Assembly (NCBI GenBank): GCA_002633005.1
Contig: NMRA01000002.1
Coordinates: 1,398,077 to 1,462,076 of the forward strand
Length of the DNA: 64,000 nt
Reading direction: 5' to 3'
Origin: Phoronis australis
Lineage: Eukaryota > Animalia > Phoronida
Shown one piece after another: positions 25,020 to 58,797 of the stretch (position 1 is its first letter; every line of letters starts with the position of its first letter). Below the pieces are notes generated by a model that ran no database searches, had not been told where the DNA came from, and worked only from the letters and a program-made list of their open reading frames with translations. Both the position numbers and the translations under genes were made by a program.

Positions 25020-26972
25020 CTTCGTTATTATGCCTATTCCAAAGGGGTCAGAGAAGGACCCGCTCATCCCGCTGAGTTATAGAGGTATCAGCTTGTTGTC
25101 TAACGTATACAAGTTGTATAGTAGTGTATTGAACAATAGAGTGGTTGAGTATGCAGAGGAAAACGGGCTCCTTGTTGATGAGCAAAATGGCTTTCGTCGT
25201 GACAGAGCATGTGTTGATCACGTCTTTGTTTTGACCTCGATTATACGTAATCGCTTGAATAACAAACAATCCACATTTGCTACTTTTATTGATATGCAAA
25301 AAGCTTTTGACTGGGCAGATAGAAATAGTTTACTTTTTAAAATGTTGGATCTTATGATAGTTGGAAAATTTTATGAATCGGTTAAAAATATTTATGCCAA
25401 AACACAATCCTGTGTTAAGATTAATAATACCTTTACGGACTGGTTTTATACATCTTGTGGGGTCAAACAGGGAGATGTTTTATCACCTACTCTTTTTGCA
25501 CTATTTATAAATGATTTGGCAAAGGAATTAAAACAGTCAAACTTAGGAATTCCTATCGGTGCTGATAATGTTTCATCTTTGTTTATGCTGATGATATAGT
25601 GGTACTTGCCGAGAGCGAAGAAAATTTGCAGGGTTTATTGAATATAGTTGATAAATGGTGCTCTAAATGGAAGCTAATTGTCAATCAGGAAAAAACTAAT
25701 ATTATTCACTTCAGATCCAAGCATGTCTCTCGTAGTTTATATCCATTTCGGTTGGGTCGACTAGACCTAGAATATGTACCCAAATATAAATATTTAGGAA
25801 TAATTTTAAATGAACATTTGAAGTTTTCTGAAACTGCTAAAACTCTATCCGAATCTGCCGGAAGAGCTTTGGGCGCTTTAATTAATAAATTTAAAAAGAA
25901 TAAAAATATGAGGTACAGAACGTTCACTACATTATTCAATGCTCGTGTTGTGCCTGTTAGAGATTATTGTGTAGGTGTCTGGGGCGGCTCTAGTCTACAG
26001 GATTATGATGTCATTCAGAATAGAGCCGCGCGATTTTTCTTGGGCGTTCACAAATTCGCTCCTGAGTCATGCTGTTATGGGTGACATGGGGTGGGAATTC
26101 CCCAGTGTTAGGCGGAAAATTGAGCTTTTGAGAATGTGGAATCGTATTATTAATTTCGAGAATGATAGACTAACATACTGAATATTTTGGTGGGACTACA
26201 CTACTTGTACTAATAATTGGTCTTCTGAAGTCTTGAGCATTTTTGAAGAATTAGGGATTTCGGATTGTTTTCATAACTTACGTTCAGTTAATCTGTCTCA
26301 CTGTAAGAATATTTTGCATGATTTAGCCTGTAATAGGTGGTTGTTTGAAAGCCGTTCGAAACCAAAGTTAAGAACCTATGTTTTGATGAAGAATGTCTTT
26401 GAAGTTGAGCCTTACGTGCATTTAGACTTAACTCGGCCCAGTAGGTCAATTCTTGCTCAAATTAGAACCGGAACCCTACAGCTATTGGTTGAGGTTGGGC
26501 GTTTTCGTTCTCTAGATTTTGATGATAGAATTTGCTGTCTTTTTCACACTGGTCAGGTCGAAACTGAACTCCATTTTCTGTGTGAGTGTCCGTTTTTCTT
26601 AGATGCCAGAAACACCTTTTACTGTCAAGTTGAGATGAAATATCCACGATTCCGTGCAGAAAGCTGTGAAAGTAAATTAATTACAATTATGCAAAAAGAT
26701 TTTATTAGAAAAACTTCAGTTTTCATCAAAAATATTTTTGAAGTAAGGAAAAGTTATATTTATTTATGATCACTTTTATCTCGGCCTTCTCGATCTGGTC
26801 CTCTTGCAATGCGCGTACACTTGTCTTTTCTTTTTTGTATCATGTATCTAAAGTGACTTATAAGCCCCGTGGAGGGCTGGGTGTTCCTAGTCTTTGTAAC
26901 GTATTCATTGTTTAAATTCATTTGAACACATGTCACTATAATAAAAAATTACTTACTTATTTACTTCTTACT
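25020..26972 (+). mobile_element. 5'-truncated, inactivated non-LTR retrotransposon (RT domain plus C-terminal Cys/His region; RTE-X/L2-like, clade uncertain)
   Basis: RT motifs PIPKG..YRGISLLS, EQNGFR, FIDMQKAFD, GVKQGDVLSPTLF, YADD (25584-25595), YKYLG; C-terminal GRF..DRIC..ETELHFLCECP. Two frameshifts and an in-frame TGA at 26179. The 3' UTR has AATAAA and a (TTAC)n tail. Confidence 0.93.
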
Positions 26973-27070
26973 CGGACGGAAATATGAAGTCGATTGGAGA
27001 ATGACTTGATGAAAATGTTTATTTGGTTTTATTTGTGGGTGGTACTTAACTTGCTTACATGGTTGGAAAT

Positions 27071-27885
27071 GAACAACCCACTATTTCGAAGGTTCACTAC
27101 GCCGAAGGTTCACTACGCCGAAGGTTCACTACTTCCGACGCCGAAGGTTCACTACTTCGATGGTTCACTACGCCGAAGGTTCACTGCCTCGATGGTTCAC
27201 TACGCCGAAGGTTCACTGCTCCGAATATCTAAAATTTGGGAACTCCGATGTAATTTTTATTCTTAACATGCAAAAACAAACGACACTTCGGTTATTAGAT
27301 GCCCTGAGTGGTGTACCTATACCGGAAAGCAACACCCGGGTACTGAAAACACTTTGTTTGGATTTCATGCGCAAGCGAAATTGCCCGCACTGTTTTACGA
27401 ATACGGAAATTGAATACGTACTTGCATTTTTAAAAGAAGTAGGAATATTGATGACTTATAACCCACGACACATTCATCAAATCCATGTCAAGATCGCATC
27501 GCAGCACGACTGAAAAGTTGAGGGTCCCTGGGCCTCAACCTCACTCAAGGAACCGTGCGCACGGTAGGGTCGAAACTAGTCAGTAGCCCACCTTGTCACT
27601 GCCAGTCAGTCTTCAGGAAGTCGGAGTGTCCCATTCAGTCTTCTTAAATTTAAAACCGGTTGGTCGCCGCAGCCGGCCTACCGACGCGTGCCCCAGATGC
27701 TGTCCCTGCAGTTGAGAATGAGTTATGAGCAGACAATCAGAGTAATGAACTGTCGGAGTTCTGGTTTGGAAATTGTGGAGATTTGAAGTAATGAATTTTC
27801 GAAGGTTGCTAACCTTCGGAGTAGTGGACCTTTCGGAGTAATGGGCCTTCGGAGTAGTGAACCTTTGGTATAGTGAAATGTAACC
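27071..27885. mobile_element. Fold-back (MULE/Foldback-like) element with subterminal 16-bp tandem repeats and an 8-bp TSD
   Basis: AGGTTCACTACGCCGA repeats at 27089-27225 and inverted TTCGGAGTAGTGAACCT repeats at 27800-27870; TTGGAAAT on both flanks (27063-27070, 27886-27893). Superfamily is an inference. Confidence 0.7.
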
Positions 27886-28399
27886 TTGGAAATCTATTCC
27901 ATCAAGTTTATTTCTCGAATGAAATCTCGCTGGTTCCCCGCGTGCCTAGCCAGCACGCAGGTATCACGCGGTGGTACGCGCTTTAACGTTGGTTGATGTA
28001 ACCTCAGAATTCATTGATTACCTTTACAGCACCGTGAAAAAATGGCGGACTGTGAAAAAATTTTAGCCTTGTCAAGCAAGTGGCGTCGCAGCAACTATTT
28101 CGTTTCTGCAGTGATGTTTAATAGCCGCGTGCTTGAAGCACACACATGTACAATAAACGCATATCTCAGTGGCCGATTTAGCCGGTGTGTTATTCATATT
28201 ATATGAATACAGGACAGTGTCGTAAAAAAGTCATCGACAGTAGAAAGATGTACTCCGAAAAGGCGCAATCACAATTTCTAGGCTTCACATTTCCTGAACA
28301 TAAATTTTAAGCACCGATTTGTCTGTACAACAGACCACATTTACACTTCAGTCCACCAGTCATGCCATTTTGTTTGCGTAAAGCGCTACCTGTTGAGAA

Positions 28400-28920
28400 G
28401 TCGACTAGCCAATCAGAAACGCCGGTGTAAAAAAATTTCCCGAGAAAAAGGAAAAACCAGCTTCGAGTTGAACATACGTAGCGCGTGTGTCGTTGGCCAA
28501 ATGGGTGAATGTTACGCAAGTAAATTAATTCTTGTTAGAGGCGTAAAGTAATTATGTGCGCCGTAAAGTAATTATTGAAGGAGTAATGTAATTCTTTGAG
28601 ACATAAAGTAATTATTTGCGGCGTGAAGTAATTATTTGCGGCGTGAAGTAATTATTTGCGGCGTAACGTTTTACGGCGTAAAGTAACTATTTGCGGTGTA
28701 AAGCAACTTTTAACGCCGTAAATAATTACTTTACGCCGCAAAGTGATAATTACTTTACGCCGCAAATATTTACAATACGTCTCCAACAAGAATTAACTTA
28801 CGCACGTAATTTACGTGCGCAACGTTCATCAATTTGGCCAACGATACGCGTGCGCACTCGAGTAGAAGTTGGTAAAGTAAACAACCCGATTTTTACATTG
28901 CGCTGAAGCGAATTCGACAA
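28400..28920. repeat. Imperfect long inverted repeat with head-to-head GCGGCGTAAAGTAATTATTT-like units
   Basis: Left arm CGTTGGCCAAAT...TTAATTCTTGTT pairs with right arm AACAAGAATTAA...ATTTGGCCAACG. Probably an old non-autonomous DNA transposon. Confidence 0.75.
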
Positions 28921-29590
28921 TAAAATGACGATTTCTCTTCAAATTGCGAGTAAAGGCGAAAAAGGTACTTGGTCATAAATTTATGGTATAATAACGTGGC
29001 TATAGAAACTTACAGATTATTTCAGATGTTAGTTTTTCTCCGGCAGATCTCGGCTTCGCTAATCAGCTGATACCGGGGTGATCGGAAATAAATGCAATTT
29101 GTAGTTGTAATAGTATTTTGAAAGGGTTTGATTGCAGTAGTTTAAAGACTTATTTTTTTGTATCGAATACTCACTTTGTGAATCGTGGCTAGCCATGCAA
29201 ATTACCTGATTAATACTAAAAAAAATTCACTGCGTTCCAAATTTGAATATATGTGCTTCTCAGGAAAAAATGAGTTTGTGGTAATGCTGAATATTTTAAT
29301 AATTGTTAAAGTGCAACCTTTTGACAATCTAGTCGATATCCTTTGTAAAATGTAGGTTTAAACATCTCTCACTTTCCCGTCCACTTACACGGAAACTCAT
29401 GCGAATCAGTTCGTTCACTCTACCAAATTGCATATCCAGGATAGTGAACGTAACCGTGGACTCGAGACTAGTACCGCAGAGATCAGGCGGTTCCGATCTA
29501 TTCTAATTCATGGTTGGTAATAGTAGTAACGTGTAGTAACTTAATAACGAAGGTTGACCCTCTCCCAACATTTACAAGGACTCAGAATGG

Positions 29591-29816
29591 TTCCGAGATT
29601 TTCCGTAGATAAGCTCACCCGATGAAACGCCCATGGAAAGCTATGCCGAATAAACACCCATGGGCGTTTATTTGGTTCTGGTGTCAAGCGTCCAAATAGT
29701 GGGGTGTTTATTCGGATAATTTCCTCTAAAAACCCCTCTCAGCGTCAACTTCGACGCATGAAAGTTTTCATTTTCCGAATACACGCCCTTGGGCTTATCT
29801 ACGGAAAATCCCGGTA
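29591..29816. mobile_element. pogo/Tigger-type MITE
   Basis: Left TTCCGAGATTTTCCGTAGATAAGC versus right GCTTATCTACGGAAAATCCCGGTA, with internal AAACGCCCA/TGGGCGTTT subterminal repeats. Confidence 0.75.
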
Positions 29817-30324
29817 CTCTGATCACTACGTTGAGTAATGGCAATACACTGATGATTTCATTGTCCTAAGCTGCAATGACCATTTACTACGTAAACCAAC
29901 ACATGCCTGTAATATTTATTGCCAGTTGCCAGTCGACTAGAGCGACGTCTTTCGTGAAAATGTGCAATGTTGATCCCGATACATGCGGTAGCGTATGTTA
30001 CCCTGAACAAGAAACCTCAGAACACATTTTACGGTTGCTATGTTACTAAAAAGTGAACTCTGGAAAATAAAAATATTCATAATAAAGAGACGATGTTATT
30101 TTGAACACCTGTTGCTCAGTGAAAAGCGGGACTTCCAGATAAAATGCGAGACATCTGGGTCTGAGCCAAAACGCATGGGTGAAATGTTCATCGTAATTCA
30201 CGAAAACGTCCCGACAGCGTTTTTTTGTGGAACGAGAGACGTAACACCCAAAACGTACAAGACTCCTTTTTGTTTTTTAATCTAATAGGAAATTGCGAGT
30301 GCCGCAAAAACCCGCACGGGAAAC

Positions 30325-30468
30325 CATGGGCGCAGCACTGAAAAAAGTGGGGGAAGCTGAAGCCCCCTCAGCCCCCCTGTGATGCACCGCCTATAGACCA
30401 CGTGCGGCGTAGCACTAAAAAAGGTGGGGGGCTATAACCCCCCAGCCCCCTATGGTGCGCCGCCCATG
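30325..30468. mobile_element. Two adjacent copies of a roughly 70-bp hAT-like mini-element
   Basis: AGCACT.AAAAA.GTGGGGG...CAGCCCCC...TGC.CCGCC occurs twice; the ends resemble CATGGGCG...CGCCCATG. Confidence 0.5.
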
Positions 30469-30640
30469 CCACCTATGTCGTGTGGGTAATTACCCTAGTA
30501 TATAATAATATGTCATTTTCGCCGTGGGTCAAAAAGCGGAACATTTTGATGAGTATATGTACATACTACAGATAACTATTCAGAAATCGGATTAACAAAA
30601 ACGGCATCTGGGCAACAGGTAAACATTTCGCAAAAGAATT

Positions 30641-30797
30641 CAGTGGCGGATTTGAGTGGAGGGGAAGGGGCCCATAGCCCCCCTAAAATTCTCCCAGATT
30701 CCATTTGGCAGTTCGGGATACGAATGTCTGACGGCCAAAATCCTGCCTAATACTCTACCCTGCCCTCCCCCCAACTCAAAATCCTGGATCCGCCCCT
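30641..30797. mobile_element. hAT-like MITE
   Basis: Starts CAGTGGCGGATT and ends GGATCCGCCCCT (imperfect TIR), with G/C-run subterminal motifs. Confidence 0.6.
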
Positions 30798-31490
30798 TTA
30801 ATTATAATAGAAACAACTGAAAACAGACAACGAAATTGGATAAATGTGTTTGTGTAATTACCGTCACATACATGTAGAAGACATCAACACACGATTAAAA
30901 GTAAAAGATAATTATTGTGATGAGGGGGACCAAAACTGTTTTCTCCTTGACAATGTCAGCTGTCGACGTCGTTTCTGTGACCAATCATCACGAAACCGTA
31001 TGCGTCAGTCAGAACCGTCTTGCCTCTTTTAGCTATTTGAGGGTCAGAGCCACGGTTCTTAGAAGGACCATATGATGACACAGATTTGCCCAACTTTCAT
31101 CAAGCGACGTCAAGTTGCACCCGCCGAAACATCCATGACGGTTCCATCAGACTGGGAAAAATCAATCATGGAATTTTTAGTTTGGGAGTCGGACGCGAAG
31201 AGATTTTTACCGAATTTCAACGAAGAAGACGTCCGCTCAAATCTCGGACCCAGCTCAGGTATACAGAGAAGCGCATGGGAGTCGCGGTATGCCTCGGGAA
31301 ATTTGGCGGGCGGATTCCTGATTTTTTGAATTTTCACCAAAGCTGGGTGAAGCATATGCGTCTGCAAAAGTTTGCAGCTTTTGGCGAAATGATCTAAATA
31401 TACTGCAAACTTTCGTAGTATTTTTGATGTTTTAATAGAACAGCGAGCTACCAATAACAACGCGCTGTGATTTGTGCGTCGTCAGCCAGG

Positions 31491-31645
31491 CAGTGCTGTA
31501 GTGGTAAAAATAGAGGTAAGTAGGTGCACAAAGCCGTATCGCCTTGAGCACTGCGGAATGTAACTTGCGGTGCGTAGGAGCCACGTTCAAATCCCAAAAG
31601 GTGGCTGTCTGCGCCTACGTGCGCCTACTCCCCACTACAGCACTG
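31491..31645. mobile_element. hAT-type MITE
   Basis: Perfect 14-bp TIR CAGTGCTGTAGTGG/CCACTACAGCACTG; 8-bp flanks CAGCCAGG and TAGCCAGG (TSD with one mismatch). Confidence 0.85.
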
Positions 31646-32858
31646 TAGCCAGGGCTAACTTAATTCAGATCTCGAAAATTAGGGCCCCTGTGCTTGAGCT
31701 GTGCCTCTTCACGGAGCCTTGAATCGTAACCAGTGTCGCTTGGGGGACGAGACAGAGTGATCCACTAGTTAACGCTAGCTGGTGGTCGAATTGGACGGAT
31801 TCAGAATAATTCACACGTACCCCAAATACTGAAGGGGCCCCGCGATTGTACCCACTGACAATATATCAAGAATTCTGCCTTTGTTGCAAATTTAAGTTTT
31901 GCATAATTTGCCACCCTGTATATTAACAAAACCCTATCTGTAAATTCGAAAATGGTTAAAATGAAAAACAACAAGTGAGTGGCTCTTTGGTGAGTCCGAT
32001 ACACTTTGGGAGACCACGAGTTTTTTCGTGCACAAACATGCTACCGTTCTTGCTACGACGGTCAGTTGCTTAATCCAATTTCACTGATTTTCATGCATTC
32101 GGTGGAATCAGTGATAACGATTAAGGTTTTAGAGATAATCTTATGCTTGAAAAATCACATTTTTGTTTATAACTATTGATACTTTCAAGACCGTGCCTGA
32201 AAGCAGTCGTACAATGGGCAATGTCAGACTCGGACAGTTCAAAAGAGTGCTATGATCCCAACGGAGAAAATGTCCAAAACTTTTATTAAATTGACAGTAT
32301 GACACTAACTGGCAGCTCAGTTAAAGATTGAGTGAGCTTATCTGACTTAAGCGCAATTTTTGCGGTGACGTTGTTTAACCAACTGGACGGGATTGGCCTT
32401 CAGGTGAGACAGTTTTACATGTAATTTTAAAAGTGTCATCCAATCCAAATATTAAATGATGTCATGTGATTGCATTCTAAATAAATCCAATTTAAAAGTT
32501 TTTAAGGCTGGTATCTGAACCAGTCTCATTAGAATCATGATCTCCCGAACTCCACGGTAAGAATCTTATTAGTTCTATTTGTCCGGCTTACAATGTGTCG
32601 ATTGGACGCCTATCATGTGCTGTCACCTATTGCAGATATTTCGTACTAGTAGAACCCGGAGTAAAGATATGGCCAAATTATTTGCTTTTCTGTTTTGAAA
32701 ATATTTAAATATAGGTGTAAGCAGTTGTTTTCTGTTTTAAAAGAAACTTATTTAATAACAAAACATTTAAAACTTTTTAAATTTCTCAATAATATACATT
32801 TTCTAGCGCCAAGGTCTTGATTTTATATTGCGCCAAGAAGCAAAACAACATTGTCAAT

Positions 32859-54924
<22,066 letters not shown>

Positions 54925-56260
54925 GATGGCCCGTGTGGTTCACACGGTTACCTTGCTCATTCTTCAGCCTGCAGCCAGCAGGTGATGTTTTGACACACTG
55001 CAAGACAGTTGTCGATTAAAAAGCGTCTTCGATGTACTTTAGTTTTAAAGCAATTAATCAGTGTTTGTATTGCTTCCGTGTTTAAGTTACCGTAGTTAAC
55101 GGAACGGCAAAGCCTACCTTCCATCCATGTATGTGTTTGTGGGTAACGGATTAAACTGTGTTAACACTGCCGATCTTGCATTGCTGTATGCGTTGATGCC
55201 CCCTAAATGACCTCTGTCCTAAGAATTAATTATATGCATTGATTTGACTGGCGGTTAAGGTTTATAAGGCAGTATCTTACTTATTATTTACATTACTGAT
55301 GGATGGTTTTTAAACACTGTAAATGATTATATACGTTAAAAGCATTTGAAATAAGACTGTGGTTTTGTATTAACCAATGTGTGACTATTTGCTTGTCAAT
55401 TCAATTGTGTGGTTGTGAGTATCATAATGATGTTGTTTGCGGTTCTTACGGTACATTATCTCCCCTCACAAGTTCCCCGAAGTAGAACCATTTGTTTTGA
55501 CTCTGAGGTTACATCTGGCGCGGTTGTGATATTGTTTAATTATCTGTATGAGATGTTTGTTATGAGTCAGCCTATAGGGTGCACCAAAAAGTGCATCGTA
55601 TATGAGTGTTATTGCTGCAGGAGAAACCTGACAAATTTTGTATTCTTTAAGTTTCATTTTGCCCCGTTAAGTTAGCTAAAAACGAAAATCTAATAATGCA
55701 TTTTACTGTCATAAAATCTGTCTCGTAATGTTCCTTGTTATGATAGGATTCTGTAACGCCAACAAGAACGTCAAAACCATCGGTGACTCAAGAAAACATT
55801 TCAAAGTTTATTGGGCTTGGCTAAACCTAACATTAAACATTTGAAATTGGCAGATGTACCGCAAGTAGTCAAAGAATATTACAAAAGCGATTTTAAAGAG
55901 TAAATGGCGTATTCGATTTTCTTTTTTAGCCAATTAAATGTGAAATGCAACTTTAAGTTGAAGTAATCTTTGATATATTTACTGGTAGTATTGATTGACC
56001 AGTTCTAGGTGATGCATCCTCTAGTTTGTTACGGTAAAATCTCATCAAATTTAGCCAAAAATAATGGCCAAAAATGCCCTTTTTTCATTTTTCAAGGGCT
56101 TCTAATCTTGGCCACTAATTTTCAAAACTGTGTTTGATGGTAGTTGTGGTACAAAACCTGAACATGGAAAATCATTTAGTTTGGTGCTACATGTATTTCT
56201 TGGAAAAATAGCGAAACAAAATTTTACTTGTCGGCCGTATGACAAGTACCGTGACTAAAG

Positions 56261-57953
56261 TACTGATTAACTTGATTTTTGTTTTGGAGAAACATCATAA
56301 ACGTATGCTTAGCAATAATCTTAAAAGGAGAAAAGTCATAAAAATATGAGTACCACTAAAACACTGGACTCTTTTTAGTAGACAAGTGTTTGTGTGTAAC
56401 TGGCAAACCTGTCTGAGCACTGAACTGCCTTTTAGAGATTGAGATTTTTTTTATCTCGACGGTCCTGGAATCTGCCGCTTAAGTTTTCCCTGTAAATTAG
56501 GCACGAGTTCATTGTTTTTGTCATCCACAATATGTTTTGGCTGTCATCCAGTATTGTTGATATTGTCAATAGTGTCCTCTGTTTAATCTACCCTGCCCCC
56601 TCTAAAGATCGATTTTCCTCTACAGAAATACAAATTCCTCCATCATTTTTTAGAAAATCTTAAACGTACCTTGTATGTTGTTAACACTGTCGCCTCGATA
56701 TGTTTTGTACGCTTTTGATAACGTTCATAATAATGGGCGACACCTTATGAAATCATAGGTTATGGGTGTAGTGCAGTCATGTACACTCTGCGTTGCTAAG
56801 TTCCATTGTCCTGCACTTGACGTTCCATTGCACGACATAATTGTTGATGCGAGTCACAATGCTTCTGGAGGTGTTTATTAAGTGCACTACAATTATCGTT
56901 CCGTTCACTGTAATTGGTGCCAGTATCCTGGGCCAGGTAACACACCAGGTCGTTGGTCTGTGTGGTGTAACACTGTTGTGCCCCTGTCCATATATATCTA
57001 GCTTGGCGTTTGTGGTGCTGCGGTTTGGTCTTTTTTGCTACTGGATTGGATCGTTATGCAGTAAGGGATTCAGTTACTCAATTGCANAGCAAGTCGGTTT
57101 TATGCTTAGGCGGACGACCATTGGGTTCCCGAGTATACTGATTAACTTGATTTTTGTTTTGGAGAAACATCATAAACGTATGCTTAGCAATAATCTTAAA
57201 AGTAGAAAAGTCATAAAAATATGAGTATCACTAAAACACTGGACTCTTTTTAGTAGACAAGTGTTTGTGTGTAACTGGCAAACCTGTCTAAGCACTGAAC
57301 TGCCTTTTATAGATTGAGATTTTTTTATCTCGACGGTCCTGGAATCTGCAGCTTAACTTTTCCCTGTAAATTAGGCACGAGTTCATTGTTTTTGTCATCC
57401 ACAATATGTTTTGGCTGTCATCCAGTATTGTTGATATTGTCAATAGTGTCCTCTGTTTAATCTACCCTGCTGCCTCCTCTAAAGATCGATTTTCCTCTAC
57501 AGAAAGACAAATTCCTCCATCATTTTTAGAAAATCTTAAACGTACCTTGTATGTTGTTAACACTGTCGCCTCGATATGTGTTTTGTTATGTTCATAATAA
57601 TGGGCGACACCTTATGAAATCATAGGTTATGGGTGTAGTGCAGTCATGTACACTCTGCGTTGCTAAGTTCCATTGTCCTGCACTTGACGTTCCATTGCAT
57701 GACGTAATTGTTGATGCGAGTCACAATGCTTCTGGAGGTGTTTATTAAGTGCACTACAATTATCGTTCCGTTCACTGTAATTGGTGCCAGTATCCTGGGC
57801 CAGGTAACACACCAGGTCGTTGGTCTGTGTGGTGTAACACTGTTGTGCCCCTGTCCATATATATCTAGCTTGGCGTTTGTGGTGCTGCGGTTTGGTCTTT
57901 TTTGCTACTGGATTGGATCGTTATGCAGTAAGGGATTCAGTTACTCAATTGCA
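56261..57953. repeat. Near-identical tandem duplication (56261-57086 and 57136-57953) separated by a single N; probably unmerged haplotypes
   Basis: About 820 bp with roughly ten substitutions and a few indels by hand comparison; N at 57087. Confidence 0.9.
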
Positions 57954-58349
57954 ATGCATATTTGACGCAGTCTGCAATTTGTCAGAAGATGGTGATGTTT
58001 TCAAAATCTTTATTTTAGAGGATTGCGGTTTTCATAATGAAACCATTTCCGTTAATTGACTTATCTTCGTAACCAAATTGTCTCATTTGTTTCAACATTA
58101 TTGGCTTAAATTCACACATTTTGGTATTCGTAATTAAAGAATTTGTGCCGTAAACACATTTGGTTGCTTTGTTGAAACTAGTTTGAAATTCATTTTTAAC
58201 TTCAGTGATAAATGAGAAAATGTTGCGCTGGCTGTGGTCAGCACTTTTGTGATAGACCTTATACATGGCGGTGAAGTAGACCCATGTTTCATGCTGGTGC
58301 AGCCATGTTGGAGGAGTTTTGCAATGTACACAGGATGATGGTTGAAATC

Positions 58350-58355
58350 AATAAA
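58350..58355 (+). terminator. Candidate CCDC6 polyadenylation signal
   Basis: AATAAA followed about 20 nt later by CA and a GT/T-rich stretch (CATTGTATTGTTTC); motif only. Confidence 0.4.
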
Positions 58356-58640
58356 AAGTTTATGAAATGCATCTCATTGTATTGTTTCAACCGACAGTCA
58401 CTTAGACCTGGCTTCATATTATGCTAAGGCAGACTTACGTATCAAGTAATGCAATAAACCTTTGCTTGGTCGAAGGATCTAAGTTTTGATTTAAACCACT
58501 TACCATTTTAATGTTGTCTCGACTTGTTCCTTACTCGGATGAAAAGGGATTTTAGTCTTGCAAAGAACTGACAATTTGTTATTCTTCAACTGTATTTGGT
58601 GAATAAAATGACAGGCCAAGACAAGTCAATTTGTATGGCC

Positions 58641-58797
58641 GCCTCCCGTTCAGTAATGCTAGGACCTCGCTAAAAAGCAAGACTTCGCGAGGTTACCTGA
58701 GATATTGCCGTGCATTTTAAATGAGAGCATGTGACTTTTAGGTTTAGCTAGGTCCTAGTGCAGGTCCTAGCGTCTAGTGAACGCACGCCTGGTCTCC
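58641..58797. mobile_element. MITE-like insertion with a 14-bp flanking direct repeat, nested in another repeat
   Basis: Homologous to 12532-12698; CAATTTGTATGGCC at 58627-58640 and 58798-58811; the host repeat matches 21933-22050. Confidence 0.8.

Noticed and set aside
27089-27225. 16-bp repeat array as CRISPR, or ORFs 26994..27266 and 27160..27513 as genes
   Set aside because: Tandem units without spacers; the ORFs are repeat read-through.
31072-31460. Overlapping ORFs upstream of CCDC6 as a divergent gene
   Set aside because: No recognisable domain and no consistent splice chain.
32817-32858. N-terminal extension of CCDC6 from a TTG start
   Set aside because: The ATG at 32859 gives the conserved MADSASE start.
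56841-57965. Duplicated hydrophobic ORFs (MLMRVTMLLEV...) as tandem membrane-protein genes
   Set aside because: Non-ATG start, no family motif, located in a probable 3' UTR, and duplicated by an assembly artefact.
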